Below, piece by piece: positions 46,694 to 59,920 of a stretch of 64,000 nt of DNA. The notes beneath the pieces were generated by a model. That model was not told where the DNA came from. It saw only the letters and a list, made by a program, of their open reading frames with translations, and searched no databases. The DNA lies in the NCBI RefSeq assembly GCF_009914755.1, contig NC_060932.1. One strand, given 5' to 3'. The translations under genes were made by a program, and so were the position numbers. Positions within the stretch are counted from its first letter, which is position 1. Every line of letters starts with the position of its first letter. The stretch is from the human T2T-CHM13v2.0 reference genome, Homo sapiens.

Positions 46694-46821
46694 CCTACCA
46701 AAGTCAAATATATACTGCAAGGGACACAGCTAAAGTGAAATAACAAAAAATATTAAGAATAAAAGAAATGGCAAGGAATTGTCAGGAACAAAGAAATTCA
46801 AAAGGATAATGACCATGTTAA

Positions 46822-47830
46822 CATGTCCTGAATGGTATTGCCTAGGTTGTCTTCTAGGTTTTTTATAGATTTGGGTTTTACATTTAAATCTTTAATCCAT
46901 CTTGATTTAATTTTTGTATATGGTGTAAGGAAGGGATCCAGTTTCAATCTTCTGCATATGGCTATAGCCAGTTATCTCAGCAACATTTATTGAATGGGGA
47001 ATCCTTTCCCCATTGCTTATTTTTGTCAGGTTTGTCAAAGATCAGATAATTGTAGGTGTGTGGTCTTGTTTTGGGGTTCTCTATTCTGTTCCATTGGTCA
47101 ATGTGTCTGTTTTTGTACCAGTGCCATGCTGTTTTGGTTACTGTAACACTGTAGTATAGTTTGAAGGTGGTTAGCATGATGCCTCCAGCTTTGTTCTTTT
47201 TGCTTAGGATTGTCTTAGCTATTCAGCCTCTTTTTTGATTGCATATGAATTTTAAAATAGTTTCCTCTAGTTCTGTGAAGAATGTCAGTGGTAGTTTAAT
47301 AGGAATAACATTGAATCTATAAATTGAGCAGTACGGCCACTTTAACAATATTGATTATTCCTATCCATGAGGATGGAATGTTTTTCCATTTGTTTGTGTC
47401 CTCTCTGATTTCTTTCAGTAGTGTTTTGTCATTCTTGTAGAGATCTTTCACCTCCATAGTTAGCTGTATTCCTAGGTATTTTATTCTTGTTGTTTCTGAT
47501 TGTGTTTATTTGAAACTTCTCTCCTTTCTTATTTATTAGTCTAGCTAGTGGTCTATTTTATTAATTTTTTCAAAAAAGCAGCTCCTGGATTCATTGATCT
47601 TTTGAATGCTTTTTTTTTGTATCTCAGTCTCCTTCAGTTCTGCTCTGATTTTGGTTATTTCTTGTCTTCTGGTGGCTTTGGGATTTGTTTGCTCTTGATT
47701 CTCTAGTTCTTTTTAGTTGTGATGTTAGGTTGTTAACTTGAGACCTTTCTAACTTTTTGATGTGATCATTTAGTGCTATAAATTTCCCTGTTAACACTAC
47801 CTTAGCTGTGTCTCAGAGATTCCGGTATGT
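46822..47830 (-). mobile_element. Primate L1 (older L1PA/L1PB-like) internal ORF2 fragment with an internal deletion
   Basis: ORF 46977-47177 reads '[28 protein letters not shown]...[17 protein letters not shown]', matching L1 ORF2p. The sequence jumps at ~47490 to a more N-terminal ORF2 segment. No 3'UTR or poly-A. Confidence 0.88.
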
Positions 47831-47996
47831 ACAACAACTTTTCCAAAGCAAAAATGGTGCAGACAATATCCTTTGACTACAGGACAAGTACCCCCCATAA
47901 CCAAAAAAAAAAAAAAACCCACAATTAAAACACCCAAAATGAAAATCATGCACACCCCTGGAAATTAATATTTGAAGTACAGTATATATTTACTGA

Positions 47997-48276
47997 CCTC
48001 CCCTCCCCTCCCCTCCCCTCTCCTCTCCTCTCTGAGATGGAGTCTCGCTCTGTCGCCCAGGCTGAAGTGCAGTGGTGTGATCTCAGCTCACTGAAATCTC
48101 TGCCTCCCAGGTTCAAGTGATTCCTGTGCCTCAGCCTCTCGAGTAGCTGGGACTACAGGCACACAGCACCATGCCTGGCTAATTTTTTATATTTTAGTAG
48201 AGATGGAGTTTCACTATGTTGGCCAGGATTGTCTCGATCTCCTGACCTCGTGATCCGCCCACCTCAGCCTCCCAAA
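47997..48276 (-). mobile_element. Alu lacking its first ~35 nt, tail converted to (CCCCT/CCTCT)n
   Basis: The antisense Alu ends abruptly at 'cagcctcccaaa'. Confidence 0.88.
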
Positions 48277-48559
48277 CGACTTGTTTACTTTGTACCAGTT
48301 CAGCCTCTTGTAGTGTCAACTGAAACTGCTCTTTTAAATGTCCTATCCTTCACAACTGATTTCCATGTTTTATAGTCTTAGTGCCACACCTCTTATTACC
48401 TACTTCTGTGCCTCTTTTTCTACTTGCTTAATCTGTATTCCCTCTCTACACTGTTATGCTGTGTCTTTGGTTCTATTTTCTTTGTTTGACTAACCCTTGT
48501 TTCTCTCCCTCATCTCTAAGTATAGGTTCTCCTTAAGACTTAATAGATTTCTCCCTTTT

Positions 48560-48634
48560 TCACACCACTGCACTTCAGCCTGGGTGACAGAGCAAGACTC
48601 TGTCTCAAAAAAAAAAAAAAAAAAAGAAGAAAAA
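48560..48634 (+). mobile_element. Short Alu 3'-end fragment with poly-A
   Basis: 'cacaccactgcacttcagcctgggtgacagagcaagactctgtctcaaaa'. Confidence 0.85.
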
Positions 48635-49229
48635 GAGTCAGTAAATATGTACTGTACTTCAAATATTAATTTCCAGGGGTGTGCATGATTTTCATTTTGG
48701 GTTTTTTAATTGTGGGGTTTTTTTTTGGTGTGGGGGGTGCTACTTGTCTTCCTAATCTCTCTCTTCCCAATCTCAATCTTCTATCTACTGTCACTGTTTA
48801 GAGTACCCCACCTCTCATCCTGATCTCTTAACAGCTGGATTGAAATTTCCACCATCTCTGCCTCCTTGGAAGGATTTCTGGAGCATCTACTATGTGACAT
48901 ATGATATTTTAGATATTTTCATGTATGTGTTATTTCATGTAATCTTTGGGAAAACCTGCAAGGTAGATGTCTTCATATTTTCAGATAAGGACATCTAGTT
49001 TAAGATGTTTAAGTAGCTTATCTAGTAAATGGATATCAGAAACTGTATTTAAATCATATTGTGCCTAATTCCAATGCTCAAGTAGAGGATTGATGAAAAA
49101 TAAATTTTAGGAATATTGTACTTTTGCCCTTTTACTTAGAGAAGACTTAATTTAATAATCAAGTTCCATGGAATGAGACACAAGGAAAATATTTGTGAGT
49201 ACTTACCCTGTGCCAAGCACTATGCTACA

Positions 49230-49457
49230 TTTTGCATCTGGGATTTAATTTGTCTTTTAACACAAGCAGGGGTAGACAGGGAAGGAAACTTGGAAAGATC
49301 ACATAGCTGACAAGTAGCAGGTCAGGGATTTGATTCTGTGTCTTTTGCATCTGGGATTTAATTTGTCTTTTAACACAAGCAGGGGTAGACAGGGAAGGAA
49401 ACTTGGAAAGATCACATAGCTGACAAGTAGCAGGTCAGGGATTTGATTCTGTGTCTT
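49230..49457. repeat. Perfect 113-bp tandem duplication within a MIR
   Basis: The unit 'ttttgcatctgggattt...gatttgattctgtgtc' occurs at 49230-49342 and 49343-49455. No mismatches seen. Confidence 0.95.
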
Positions 49458-49689
49458 CCTCTCATCATATCACTCTGTATTAATTAATTAGCTGTACTTT
49501 TGGGATTAAGTTGCTTTCTCTCCTAGTCTGTACCCAGTTTATTTTTAAAGTGAGATTGCTTATATCCAAAGCCTCCTTTGGTTCTATTATTATAAAAGTC
49601 AATAGCTCTAAATAGAGAAGCTGGTTTCTGAGCCACCAATTAGATGCATTAGTAACAGAGCTGTTAGTAACAGGATGTTGTGCCTCAAA

Positions 49690-50108
49690 CTCCACCCTTA
49701 GCATTCTCGTTATTCCTAACCTGCTTCTTCTGTGGTTTCCACCTCAGTTAATGGCACCATAGTCCACTGAGGTTATGGGACCAGAGACCTTCATGTGACC
49801 CATCCTCACCCCTCCGATTCAGACAATTGCCTAGTCCTATCAACTCCTTTGTCCATCATAACTTTCAAAAGTGGCCACTGCTGGTCTCAAACTCCTGACC
49901 TTGTCATCCACCCACCTCTGCTTACCAAAGTGCTGGGATTATAGGCTTGAGCCACCACGCCCGGCCTATGATAGTCTCTTGAAATTGCCTGTTTATTATT
50001 TGCCTTCCCACTAGGTTGTAATTTCCTTTTAGAGGGAGAGTATGTACCAAACCCAGTGTTTAGCATAGCAAAGGTGCCTAGTAATATTTGTTGAATGAAT
50101 GAATAAAA
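49690..50108 (+). mobile_element. L2 3' region, interrupted by an Alu remnant
   Basis: 'ttccacctcagttaatggcacca' and the L2 end 'aatatttgttgaatgaatgaataaa'. Confidence 0.7.
49880..49966 (-). mobile_element. Alu 5' remnant (first ~87 nt only)
   Basis: 'gctggtctcaaactcctgacc...gagccaccacgcccggcc' with no right arm or tail. Confidence 0.88.
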
Positions 50109-50634
50109 TACTTTCTAGAAGAGTCATAGTCCCCTTTTATATCAACTAATCTCTTTATCACAAAAATGTTCTTGGAGTTCATTTCTGTTCCTCTCTCTTT
50201 CTGGGGAGCGTCTGCTAGGAATAATGGAATAATGAGGAAAGAGAGGTCAGAGACGAGAAGGTGATGATGTTTGACTGAAGGAGAATAAAGAGCAAATAAA
50301 CTTCAGAGTAGAGTAGGCCCATTCCAAGATGATCTTTTGGAAGAGGACCAAACCCAGAGGCATGCACTCAGTTGTGCCAGGTGAGATGCCTTTTGCTGGA
50401 GCGGTGGGAGGAAAATGTCAAAACCAAAACCCTGGAAGACCTGTTTTCAGGATCCATTTAAAATTCAAGTTCAGGTTTTCTTAGATTGTAGATTCTAAAG
50501 AAAACTTTTCCATCTTTATTTGTTCTTGTGCTTTACTTTCCTCTTCTGGAGGTGGCACCTTCTCTGCTCTAAGGCAATCATCTGTTCTCTCATGTATAGC
50601 AATGGTGCTTATTAGGGCCGGTCCCCCTACTAAG

Positions 50635-51633
50635 CAGTGTTTTAGCAATCTATGCGGGTATTTTGTTTTTGTCTGAATGTTTAAAATGTCTTACTGCCAT
50701 TTAGAGAGTAGGAAACTCAGGAAGCTAGATGTTGAACAATGTTCAGGAGAGTCCTACATAATAAATAATCATCCTATGTACTGCTGACCTTTTTTTTTTT
50801 TTTTTTTTTTTTTGAGCCAGAGTCTTGCTGTATTGCCCAGACTGGAGTGCAGTGGCGAGATCTCGGCTCGCTACAACCTCTGCCTCCCGAGTTCAAGCCA
50901 TTCTCCTGCCTCCAGCCTCCCAAATAGCTGGGATTACAGGCGTCTGCCTCCACACCTGGCTGATTTTTGTATTTTTAGTAGAGACAGGGTCTCACCATGT
51001 TGGTCAAGCTAGTCTCAAACTCCTGACCTCAAGTGATCTGCCCTCCTCAGCCTCCCAAAGTGCTGGGAGTACAGGTGTGAGTCACTGCACCCAGCCTGTA
51101 CTGCTGACTTTTGAAGTCCCTTCAGACATTTATATATGCAAATAATTTATTTAAAACTATCTGAAGGAATAACCAAATTTTCTTTTCACATATAAACACA
51201 TTTTTTAAAATGCAGTTTATTAACTCAATTTGCTATTCCTGCTAGAATGCAATTATTGTGATATAGAGAAAGATTTTACTTTGATTTGGAACTCTACCAA
51301 GAATTGTCTGTTATTATGTTAAATCTCATCACTGATGACAATGCTGCTTGTGGTATTTGAGTTAAAAATGCAATGCACTTGTATCAGCTTGCAGTTTTGA
51401 CTGTTTAGATCATTATTGCTTCCTCAGTATTTACATATTGAATTTATTATTTTACTGCAAATTGCTTTCTTTTTATTTCTTTTATATGATAACTAGGATG
51501 TTCTATGTTTTTTAAAAGTTATACTTGTAGGCAGATTACATTTTCTATAAATTATGTTTTAGAATAGTGAAAACGGAGTTACACAATATTTATTTTTAAG
51601 TGGGTATTTGATTTGATAGGGTTGACAATCATT
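50635..51633. mobile_element. Possible hAT-Charlie (MER20B-like) element, Alu-interrupted
   Basis: Degenerate termini 'cagtgtttt...' and 'gggttgacaatcattg', with MER20-like 'tactgccatttagagagtagg'. Confidence 0.45.
50790..51096 (-). mobile_element. AluS-like SINE
   Basis: Poly-T plus full Alu. TSD tgtactgctgac at 50777-50788 and 51097-51108. Confidence 0.94.
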
Positions 51634-51833
51634 GATCTATGTAGAAGGGCACAATGATTTAAGAGCAAGGACTATGAACTTGGCCCTGGGATGAAATCTC
51701 ATCTCTGCCACTTGCTGGGAGGACCTTGGGAATTCATTCCTATTGTGTTTGATTTAGTTTTCCCATCTGTGAAATGATTAACTCATAGTATTGCCATGGT
51801 GATTATATAAGTTTATACAACAGAAAGTTCTTA

Positions 51834-52169
<336 letters not shown>

Positions 52170-52948
52170 TTATATACAATTATTGTAAACATTGACTAAA
52201 CTCTCATTTCTTATCTATTTTTTAATCTTATCTGAATGCATGTGTCATTTTTTGGTTGACTTTCCAAAGTATTTTAATCTTTAAGTATGAACTATAACTT
52301 GTCAAACTATTAATATTCTGCAGTTTGAAGTATAAAATCAGTCACTTAAATATTTTTGGAACACATATATAGAGGGGAGAGTTTACAATCTTTCCAGGAA
52401 GTTATTGTCAAAGTAATTAATAAGTACAGATTATTTATGTGGATGATAAATAAATTTAAGATTTGTGTCTAAGTCTTCTTTTGGAATGGTGACAAATGTG
52501 AAGATTAATTGCTGGAGGAAGGATGAGAGTGCAAGGTATGAAGGTGAGGTGACCTTAATTAATCCAAGAATTCATCTGAGTTCCCTGTGAAGATAGCCTG
52601 TAGATGTCCCCAAACACATGTTGTGTCAACGTTTAAAGCTCAGCTTTGCTGAAAGCAGCCATCACATTTATAAATTTCCATCAGCTCCGGCCAAAGGGTG
52701 CAGGACAGATGAAGGCAATCAGAGGAGGCCCAGACAGAGGGAGGAGGAGAGTCCCAGAAAACAATCATGGCTGCCAAAGAAAAGGAGAAGGAACAGAGGG
52801 AGTCAGGGTTTCCAAGGAAGAGCATCAAGTGTGGATAAGAGGGCCAATAAATAGATTTGTTTGCTTTAGGCTACGCTAAGATAAAGCATATTTTAATTAA
52901 TTGGCAAGTTAGAGGTTTAGATTTTTTTTTTTTTTAAATCGAGACAAA

Positions 52949-53235
<287 letters not shown>

Positions 53236-53444
53236 AGAAAATTTTAATTATACAATTTTGTTGGCATATTAAAACATGTAACGAATCATGATAGTCCTTA
53301 ATTTGGGAAAGAAGATGTTAAAATTATTTAAATATATTTATGGGCAAAGTACTTTTTGAGTTTGACTTATCCTTTAAAAACCTTCCACAAAATGTGGCAT
53401 TGTATATGTATATTTTCAGTGACTTTTAGCATCTAAAAATCCTG

Positions 53445-53864
53445 AACTTTGTAGAGTGTATTAACCGTTGTAAATAGGAAGCACTGCACAGCCTGAGAAA
53501 CGTCAATTTCATCATTATAATTTATTAATCCGTGAAAGGCTACTGGTGCATTTTACTGACAAGAAAGTGAATACTTAGCATTTGTTTACCTCTTTGAGGA
53601 GTTCAAGCGAATTTGGTTTTTCAGAATCTGATCCTACAAGAGAGTGATATTGTGAACTTTCAGCAAGAGTCCAGCTGAAAGTAGCTAGAGCTTTTGCAGC
53701 CCCGGGACCTAAGTGGAAGGAACAGTTACTCTAACTTGCTTCACAAGACAGCTGAATATGTGCTTGCTATTATTTTCATGGTGAGAGCATTGCTGTATAT
53801 AAATGCCCCAGATGTAGCAGATAAAGGAGTAGAAGAATTAAACCAATTTTAGAGCTCAAAAAGA
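53445..53864 (+). repeat. Dispersed local duplication, copy 1 (~420 bp)
   Basis: Nearly identical to 55503-55923. Confidence 0.95.
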
Positions 53865-55249
53865 CAACTGAAATGAATACGCAGGCGATGTAACTTCAAA
53901 CCAGAACATGTCTGAGAGTGAGAGGAGATGCTATAATAACTCTAGGACACAGGTGGAGGCTGGACTGTTCTGGGATGTATGGTCATTTACCAAGAGGTCA
54001 ACTGTCAACCTTGTCATGCTACAGATTAGGAAAAGAAGCCACAGTTCTACACTGTAACTTAGTGAAGTCACAGATTCCCCCAGGGACCAAGTTAGGAGAA
54101 AAGTCATCTCTTGATAAAGTTGTGTGTGTGTGTGTTTCTCCTATATAGTTACCTTCCTTTCCAACTACTCTTTTACATGTTTCTATGCTCACCTGGCAAG
54201 AGAGGCTAGATAGGAAACTTTGCAAATCATAATGGGGGAACTATGAGAACAAAGGTGAATTCTTACCCTTCAGCTTGTTTTTGGAAGTTAATCTTTTCTT
54301 GCCCTTCTCCCTGCACACATGCAGAAGGAATAGGAATAGAATGAAAGGAACGACCTCAGGCATACATTAGTTAGTGAACCACTCATTAGCCAAACCTCAC
54401 TGTTTCAAGGACTGTGTTACTTCATCTGCTTTAGTGTTATTGCTCTCTGAAGGCTTATTTCAGAATATGAGTTCCCTTTTATGGTTCTTTTCTGATCTTT
54501 CTTTCCTAATATTAGCAACCTGGTGAATTTGCATAGATGTTGATGTAGTCTTTTTCCATGTCTTTTGTATTTATCCTCATGTTTTACAGAACTACTATTT
54601 AAGCACAAATGTCCAGATGCTGCTTAATACTTTCCCTCTTTCTTTGTACCTGTTCTACCATATGAACTCTGGAACAGATCATATCTACAGGGAGATCTGC
54701 AAAAATGCATTATCTGCATTTAATGCCTCTAGTACTCAGCCGAAGTTTAGGGGTTCCTGAGGGGGCCATTAGTGGACCAAGCCCAGCCCCAGAGCTGGAT
54801 GTTGGGGTGCTTTGTGAATCAACAAGCACCATGAGCTCTGATTCCATATGTTAGGAATCATATTAAAACATTAGCTCATATGAAAACATTAGGTTTTTTT
54901 TTTAAGCCCTTCAGGCTGTGGGCATGACTGTGGGTGTTATTGGACCATGTGCCAGGACATCTGTAGTTTCCAGCAGATGATAAAACATGTAACAAACATT
55001 TGATTTTACTTGTCCACACTTCATGAAAAACAAAAAGATCTGAACTTACTAGGACTTGTGTTTTTAAGTAAAATTTGTTTATTAAAATCAACTTTATAAA
55101 AATTCCTGTTTACGATAATTATTTTGTACATTTAAAATAAAAAAAATCATGTTATTTTAAATTTGTGACCTAAAAAAATGGGTTTTATCCAAAAATGACA
55201 ACTGCACACAGGGGTCTGAAAGATGAGGTTGTAGGAACTTGCATTCATT

Positions 55250-55462
55250 GAACTTTCACCACATGCCAAGCATGGTATTATGTGACTTACAGGCCTTAAA
55301 ACATTAATCCTTATAGCAACATAGTAAAATACATATTATTATGACATATTCTAGATGAGGAAGCTGAGACTCACAAAGTTTGAGTTTATTATCCAAGACC
55401 ACACAGCTAGTAGATGGTAGAACCTGGGGTTATTTTGGGTTCTATCCAAACCAAAGCACATG
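55250..55462 (-). mobile_element. MIR
   Basis: 'catgccaagcatgg...ttaatcctta', 'ctagatgaggaagctgagactca...ccaagaccacacagctagtag'. Confidence 0.75.
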
Positions 55463-55502
55463 CCTTTGTAGAGTGTATTACCTACAGTAATGAGTAAGAG
55501 TA

Positions 55503-55923
55503 AACTTTGTAGAGTGTATTACCAGTTGTAAATAGGAAGCACTGCACAGCCTGAGAAATGTCAGTTTCATCATTATAATTTATTAATCCGTGAAAGGCTA
55601 CTGGTGCATTTTACTGACAAGAAAGTGAATACTTAGCATTTGTTTACCTCTTTGAGAAGTTCAAGCGAATTCGGTTTTTCAGAATCTGATCCTACAAGAG
55701 AGAGATATTTTGAACTTTCAGCAAGAGTCCAGCTGAAAGTAGCTAGAGCTTTTGCAGCCCCGGGACCTAAGTGGAAGGAACAGTTACTCTAACTTGCTTC
55801 ACAAGACAGCTGAATATGTGCCTGCTATTATTTTCATGGTGAGAGCATTGCTGTATATAAATGCTCCAGATGTAGCAGAATAAAGGAGTAGAAGAATTAA
55901 AACAATTTTAGTGCTCAAAAAGA
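55503..55923 (+). repeat. Dispersed local duplication, copy 2 (~421 bp)
   Basis: Direct repeat of 53445-53864 with about 13 differences counted by eye. Confidence 0.95.
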
Positions 55924-56536
55924 GCTTACCTAAGTGGCAGGCAAAGGTAATGTAGTTCAAGCAATGTCAAACAGCTTAAGCAGAGATTCATATCAGCAAT
56001 AGACTGGACTTTCCCTGTAATATCAAAATTAGCTAGTTTTTACAGAGGTATTCAGGGGAATCAAAACCATTATTAAAAAGCAACCACTGATCTGTTCTCC
56101 CCTGACCACACAGACAGTCACAGGGAGAAACAGTCTAATCATTTCACAGCAATCCGAGGCCTCTCCGTATGTGGCTTTCTGTTTGGAGATCAGATTTGAA
56201 ACTGCTGTTTTCTCTGTCAATGGTATCTTAATATACTTGGCAAATCTCTTCCAATTAGCCATACTGGGCTCTCCTTGGTACCATTTCAGCAGTTCAGGCG
56301 TTTGGTGCAGAGCTCATATTAAAAATCAATTGTCCCAAATTTAGCTTGCAGATTTGGTCACAGTGTATATATCTTTATCCATATATTATAGCAATAGAAA
56401 AATATACACATAGACTGGAACTTTATTTTAATAGATCATTTAAAAAAACTCTTGTCCCTGTGGTTTTTCCACTGAAGAAGAATGGTTTGGATACCTGGTA
56501 TTTAACATACAATCTACATAGTAATTGATCTCCCTC

Positions 56537-56700
56537 TGTGGTAGAGGTTGCTAGTGCTCACTTATTCCTTCTTTTCTTCCTTGGACCTGCAGGAGACCTC
56601 ATTCTCCTGCCCATGCAGCGGTGTGAGGCCAGTGAGCGGTTCTGGCCAATGAAATGAGAGCAGAAGGGAAGTACATGTGTTCCCTGCTTGCATGTCACTT
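56537..56700 (+). mobile_element. Old MLT1 5' fragment
   Basis: 'tgtggtagaggttgctagtgctc...gttctggccaatgaaatgagagcagaag'. Confidence 0.55.
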
Positions 56701-56749
56701 GCCCTGATGTCCTGTTCCCCTCAGGATAATTACCAAACTCTGATTATGG

Positions 56750-57430
56750 TTTAAATGTTTGCTCACAGTCTGTTTGCCTCTACCCCTTCAGCCCTCCTCT
56801 CATTATTTCCTGCCTTGCTTTTTGTCTCAGCCATCCTGAGCCTTCCTGAAAGCATTAGCTCTTTCTCATCACTGATCTTCACTCAAGTGATAGTAACTTC
56901 CTGCAGGTAGTCCACTCCAACTTGGAAAGAATGGTTTAGTTGCCCTTTCTATGTACTTCCTGCAACAGTGCTCTACATTCTCCTAATGATCACACTTATC
57001 ACATTTTATTGATATTTCCTCCTTCCTTCTCTATGTTCCCCTTCTGAGTTATATATGCTCCTTGAGGGCAGAGACTGATGTGTCTTCAATGGTTTTCTAA
57101 ATTTATTTCCAAACCTTAGTATTAACCTTCCTTCTAAAAAGGTCCCCCCTATTTTTACTCATAATCTCTCATTTCCCCCTTTGTTTAGAAAAATACTGCA
57201 AAGCATCTTTGAGTCCTCTTTTTTGTTCTCCCTCCATATCTCATCCATCAGTAAGTCTTGATGGTTGTATCTCCCAAATTGTGCATCCATGCACTTCAAT
57301 CCTTTTTACTGCTACCATCTAAATCCAATTTCTTTTTAGATTATGAGAATGCCATTCAAATTGGACTCCCCACTACCTCTCTGAGGGCCGGCCACTGCCT
57401 ACTCCTCTGACCTCATCTCACCTATGGGCA
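56750..57430 (+). mobile_element. L2 fragments
   Basis: 'cacacttatcacattttattg', 'gctccttgagggcagagactgatgtgtctt', 'catccatcagtaagtcttgatggttgtatctcccaaa'. Confidence 0.55.
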
Positions 57431-58609
57431 ACACTTCTAGTATGATCTAGAGGTTTGTGTGTGTCTAATATGCTATATGCACATCCCCGTGTGATACTGC
57501 AGACTGTTTGGGGACAGGGAGAAAAGGCAAATGCAGTGATATGCCATCTTTACTACCTGCTTGCTTTCTTATGCCATATCACTACACTTCTGGTTGTAAT
57601 TAGTTTTGCAGCTGTAGATCTTTGTCAGCTAAAGAGAAGTAGACTAAATTACTACATACTGGCTTGTGAATTAGGGGCGTCATTGTAACCAGAAAACATT
57701 CCTGTTCTCCTGGAGTGGAAACTTGCTCATTTTGCAGAAAGCTGGTGGGGAAGTAAGTGTACAGAGACAACTTACTGAAATTGAAGCTCTTTATTGACCA
57801 TCTTTCAGTAATATAGGTGGCACAAAAGAACAGCCCCTTTTAAAGGCTAGTAATAACTGTAATGAGGATGGGACTCTTAAAATTGTATAAAATATCTGGA
57901 CAAAAATGTGACAAAGGATTGAAAATTGGTACATATTAGTTTTTTTTTTTTTAACCATGAAGCAGGTCAAATTAGGATAGAAAGTCTTTATAAAGTTATT
58001 TTAGTAGCGACTACCCTGAAATAAATGCTAAAAATAGAGATAAGCCCTAAATGCTTAAAATAGAGATAGAACAAGAGAAGGTAATAAAAATAGTAAGATG
58101 GCAGAACTCAGAAAAGAAATGTGAGAAACAAAAGTGTATCACAAATTAAAAACATAAAATAATTGACAAAAAGAAAACTGAAAATTGGATACTGCTAAAA
58201 ATGAAATCGGAGATATGAAAGACAGCTGAAGAAATTGAAAAAAGTGGATAAAAAGAACATAGAGAAAGGAAGTAGGGAGAATGTGCTAGAAAGGCAAAGG
58301 AGATACCACACACACATTATCGATATTCTTAACAGAAGGGAAAAATGGAACAAAAAAAGATTAAAATAGATATGAGACTACAGCTTCTGGCAGTATTGTA
58401 GATGAGATACTCTGAATATTTCTTCCACTTAAAACAACGGAAAATTCTTGGTAAAATACAATAAAAATATTTAGGATGTATCACTGAGCTGACAAAATAA
58501 ATCCACAAAGGCTATAAGCAAAGTGAAAGCAGGAATACTGGGAGGTGAGGAAGTGTCCTGAGGATACCTGCTCTACCGTAAGTGACCCTGAGCTTCAGGT
58601 TGTTTGATT

Positions 58610-59920
58610 TGTTATTATTTTATTTTGACATAGTTTGAAACTAAAGAAAAGATGTAAAAATATCACAAAGAATCCCTAAATATGCTTTTTCCAGAGACCC
58701 CATTTAAATTTGGCTAAGCATCCCAATGATTTTTTTTGTTTGTTTGTTTTTGTTAAATAGAAAAGGTTCTATCCTGTATTAGGCCTTATACTAGTTGTAT
58801 GTCTCTCTCTTTCAATTTGTAACAGCACCTCAGTCCTTAACTTTCATGACATTAATAGTTTTGCAGACTTTAGGCTAGTCATTTTGTAGAATGTTTCTCA
58901 ATTTGAGCTACTCTTGTATTGCCTTATCCGTCTCAGGTTATGTATTTTTAAAAAATGTGTTTTTAGCTTTATTTTTTATCTGATTATGAAGGCAATACAT
59001 GCTTTTACAGCCAGGTTATGTTTTTTATCTGAATATCACTAAATCCTATTGGATAGTGCATGTCTATTTGTCCCATTATTGGTTGAGTTATATATGATTA
59101 CTTTAAAAAGGTGATACTTGCCAGGTTTCTCCATTGTAGAGTTGTTCCCAGACACCCCTTCCTTTTTAATAATTATTTTATGGTAAGATACTTAAAGACT
59201 ATGCAAAATCCTGTTTCTTAAATAACTTTGATCAACTAATTTTAGCATTAATGTTTCTTGCTTGAATTAATGACTACTAGTATGGTTATCAAATGGTGAT
59301 TTTTAAAAATAATACTATTATTTTTTCAACATTTGTTGGCTGGTATCTATTAAGTGAGAAGTTTCTTTTCTCTATACTTATTTATTATATTAGTGTGGGC
59401 TTCTGAGCTCCTATTTTATTGGGTGCGATATAATACATTACTACCACTATTTGTTTTGATGCTTTTATTTTCCCTGATTTAGCCAATGGGAATTCCTTCA
59501 AGTTGCCTTTTGAGTTCTTTGGCCATGTCCCAATTATTTGTATATGTCTTTACTATCTTGCCCTTCCTGTGTACAAGCCCTTGATTAACCTATTATTCCA
59601 AGGACTCTTAGTTCCATTTAGTGGAGAAAGGTATTCAGAAAGCAGTATTTGGGTAGGAGCTGTGCATGGTGCTACTGGGGTGTCATTCCTCCATTGCTCT
59701 CAGTGGATGGATTAGGAAATACATGCATGTATATATGTGTACACACACACATATTCACAACACATACATTTATTCCTTTACTTAGATATTTGCTAAAATC
59801 CATGAGTTCATACTGGTATCTCCAATTCTAGTCCAACAACAAAAGATTTATTCTACCTTTCCCTTTTTTATAGTTGTTCCCCTTAGTCTAATAAGAAAAT
59901 TGGTTCCCGTTGGCTCAGTT
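58610..59920 (-). mobile_element. Old L1 (L1MC/L1MD-like) 3' region
   Basis: 'ttattttgacatagtttgaaactaaagaaaagatgtaaaaa', 'attttgtagaatgtttctcaattt', 'cccattattgg', 'catgagttcatactggtatctccaattctagtcca'. Confidence 0.65.
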
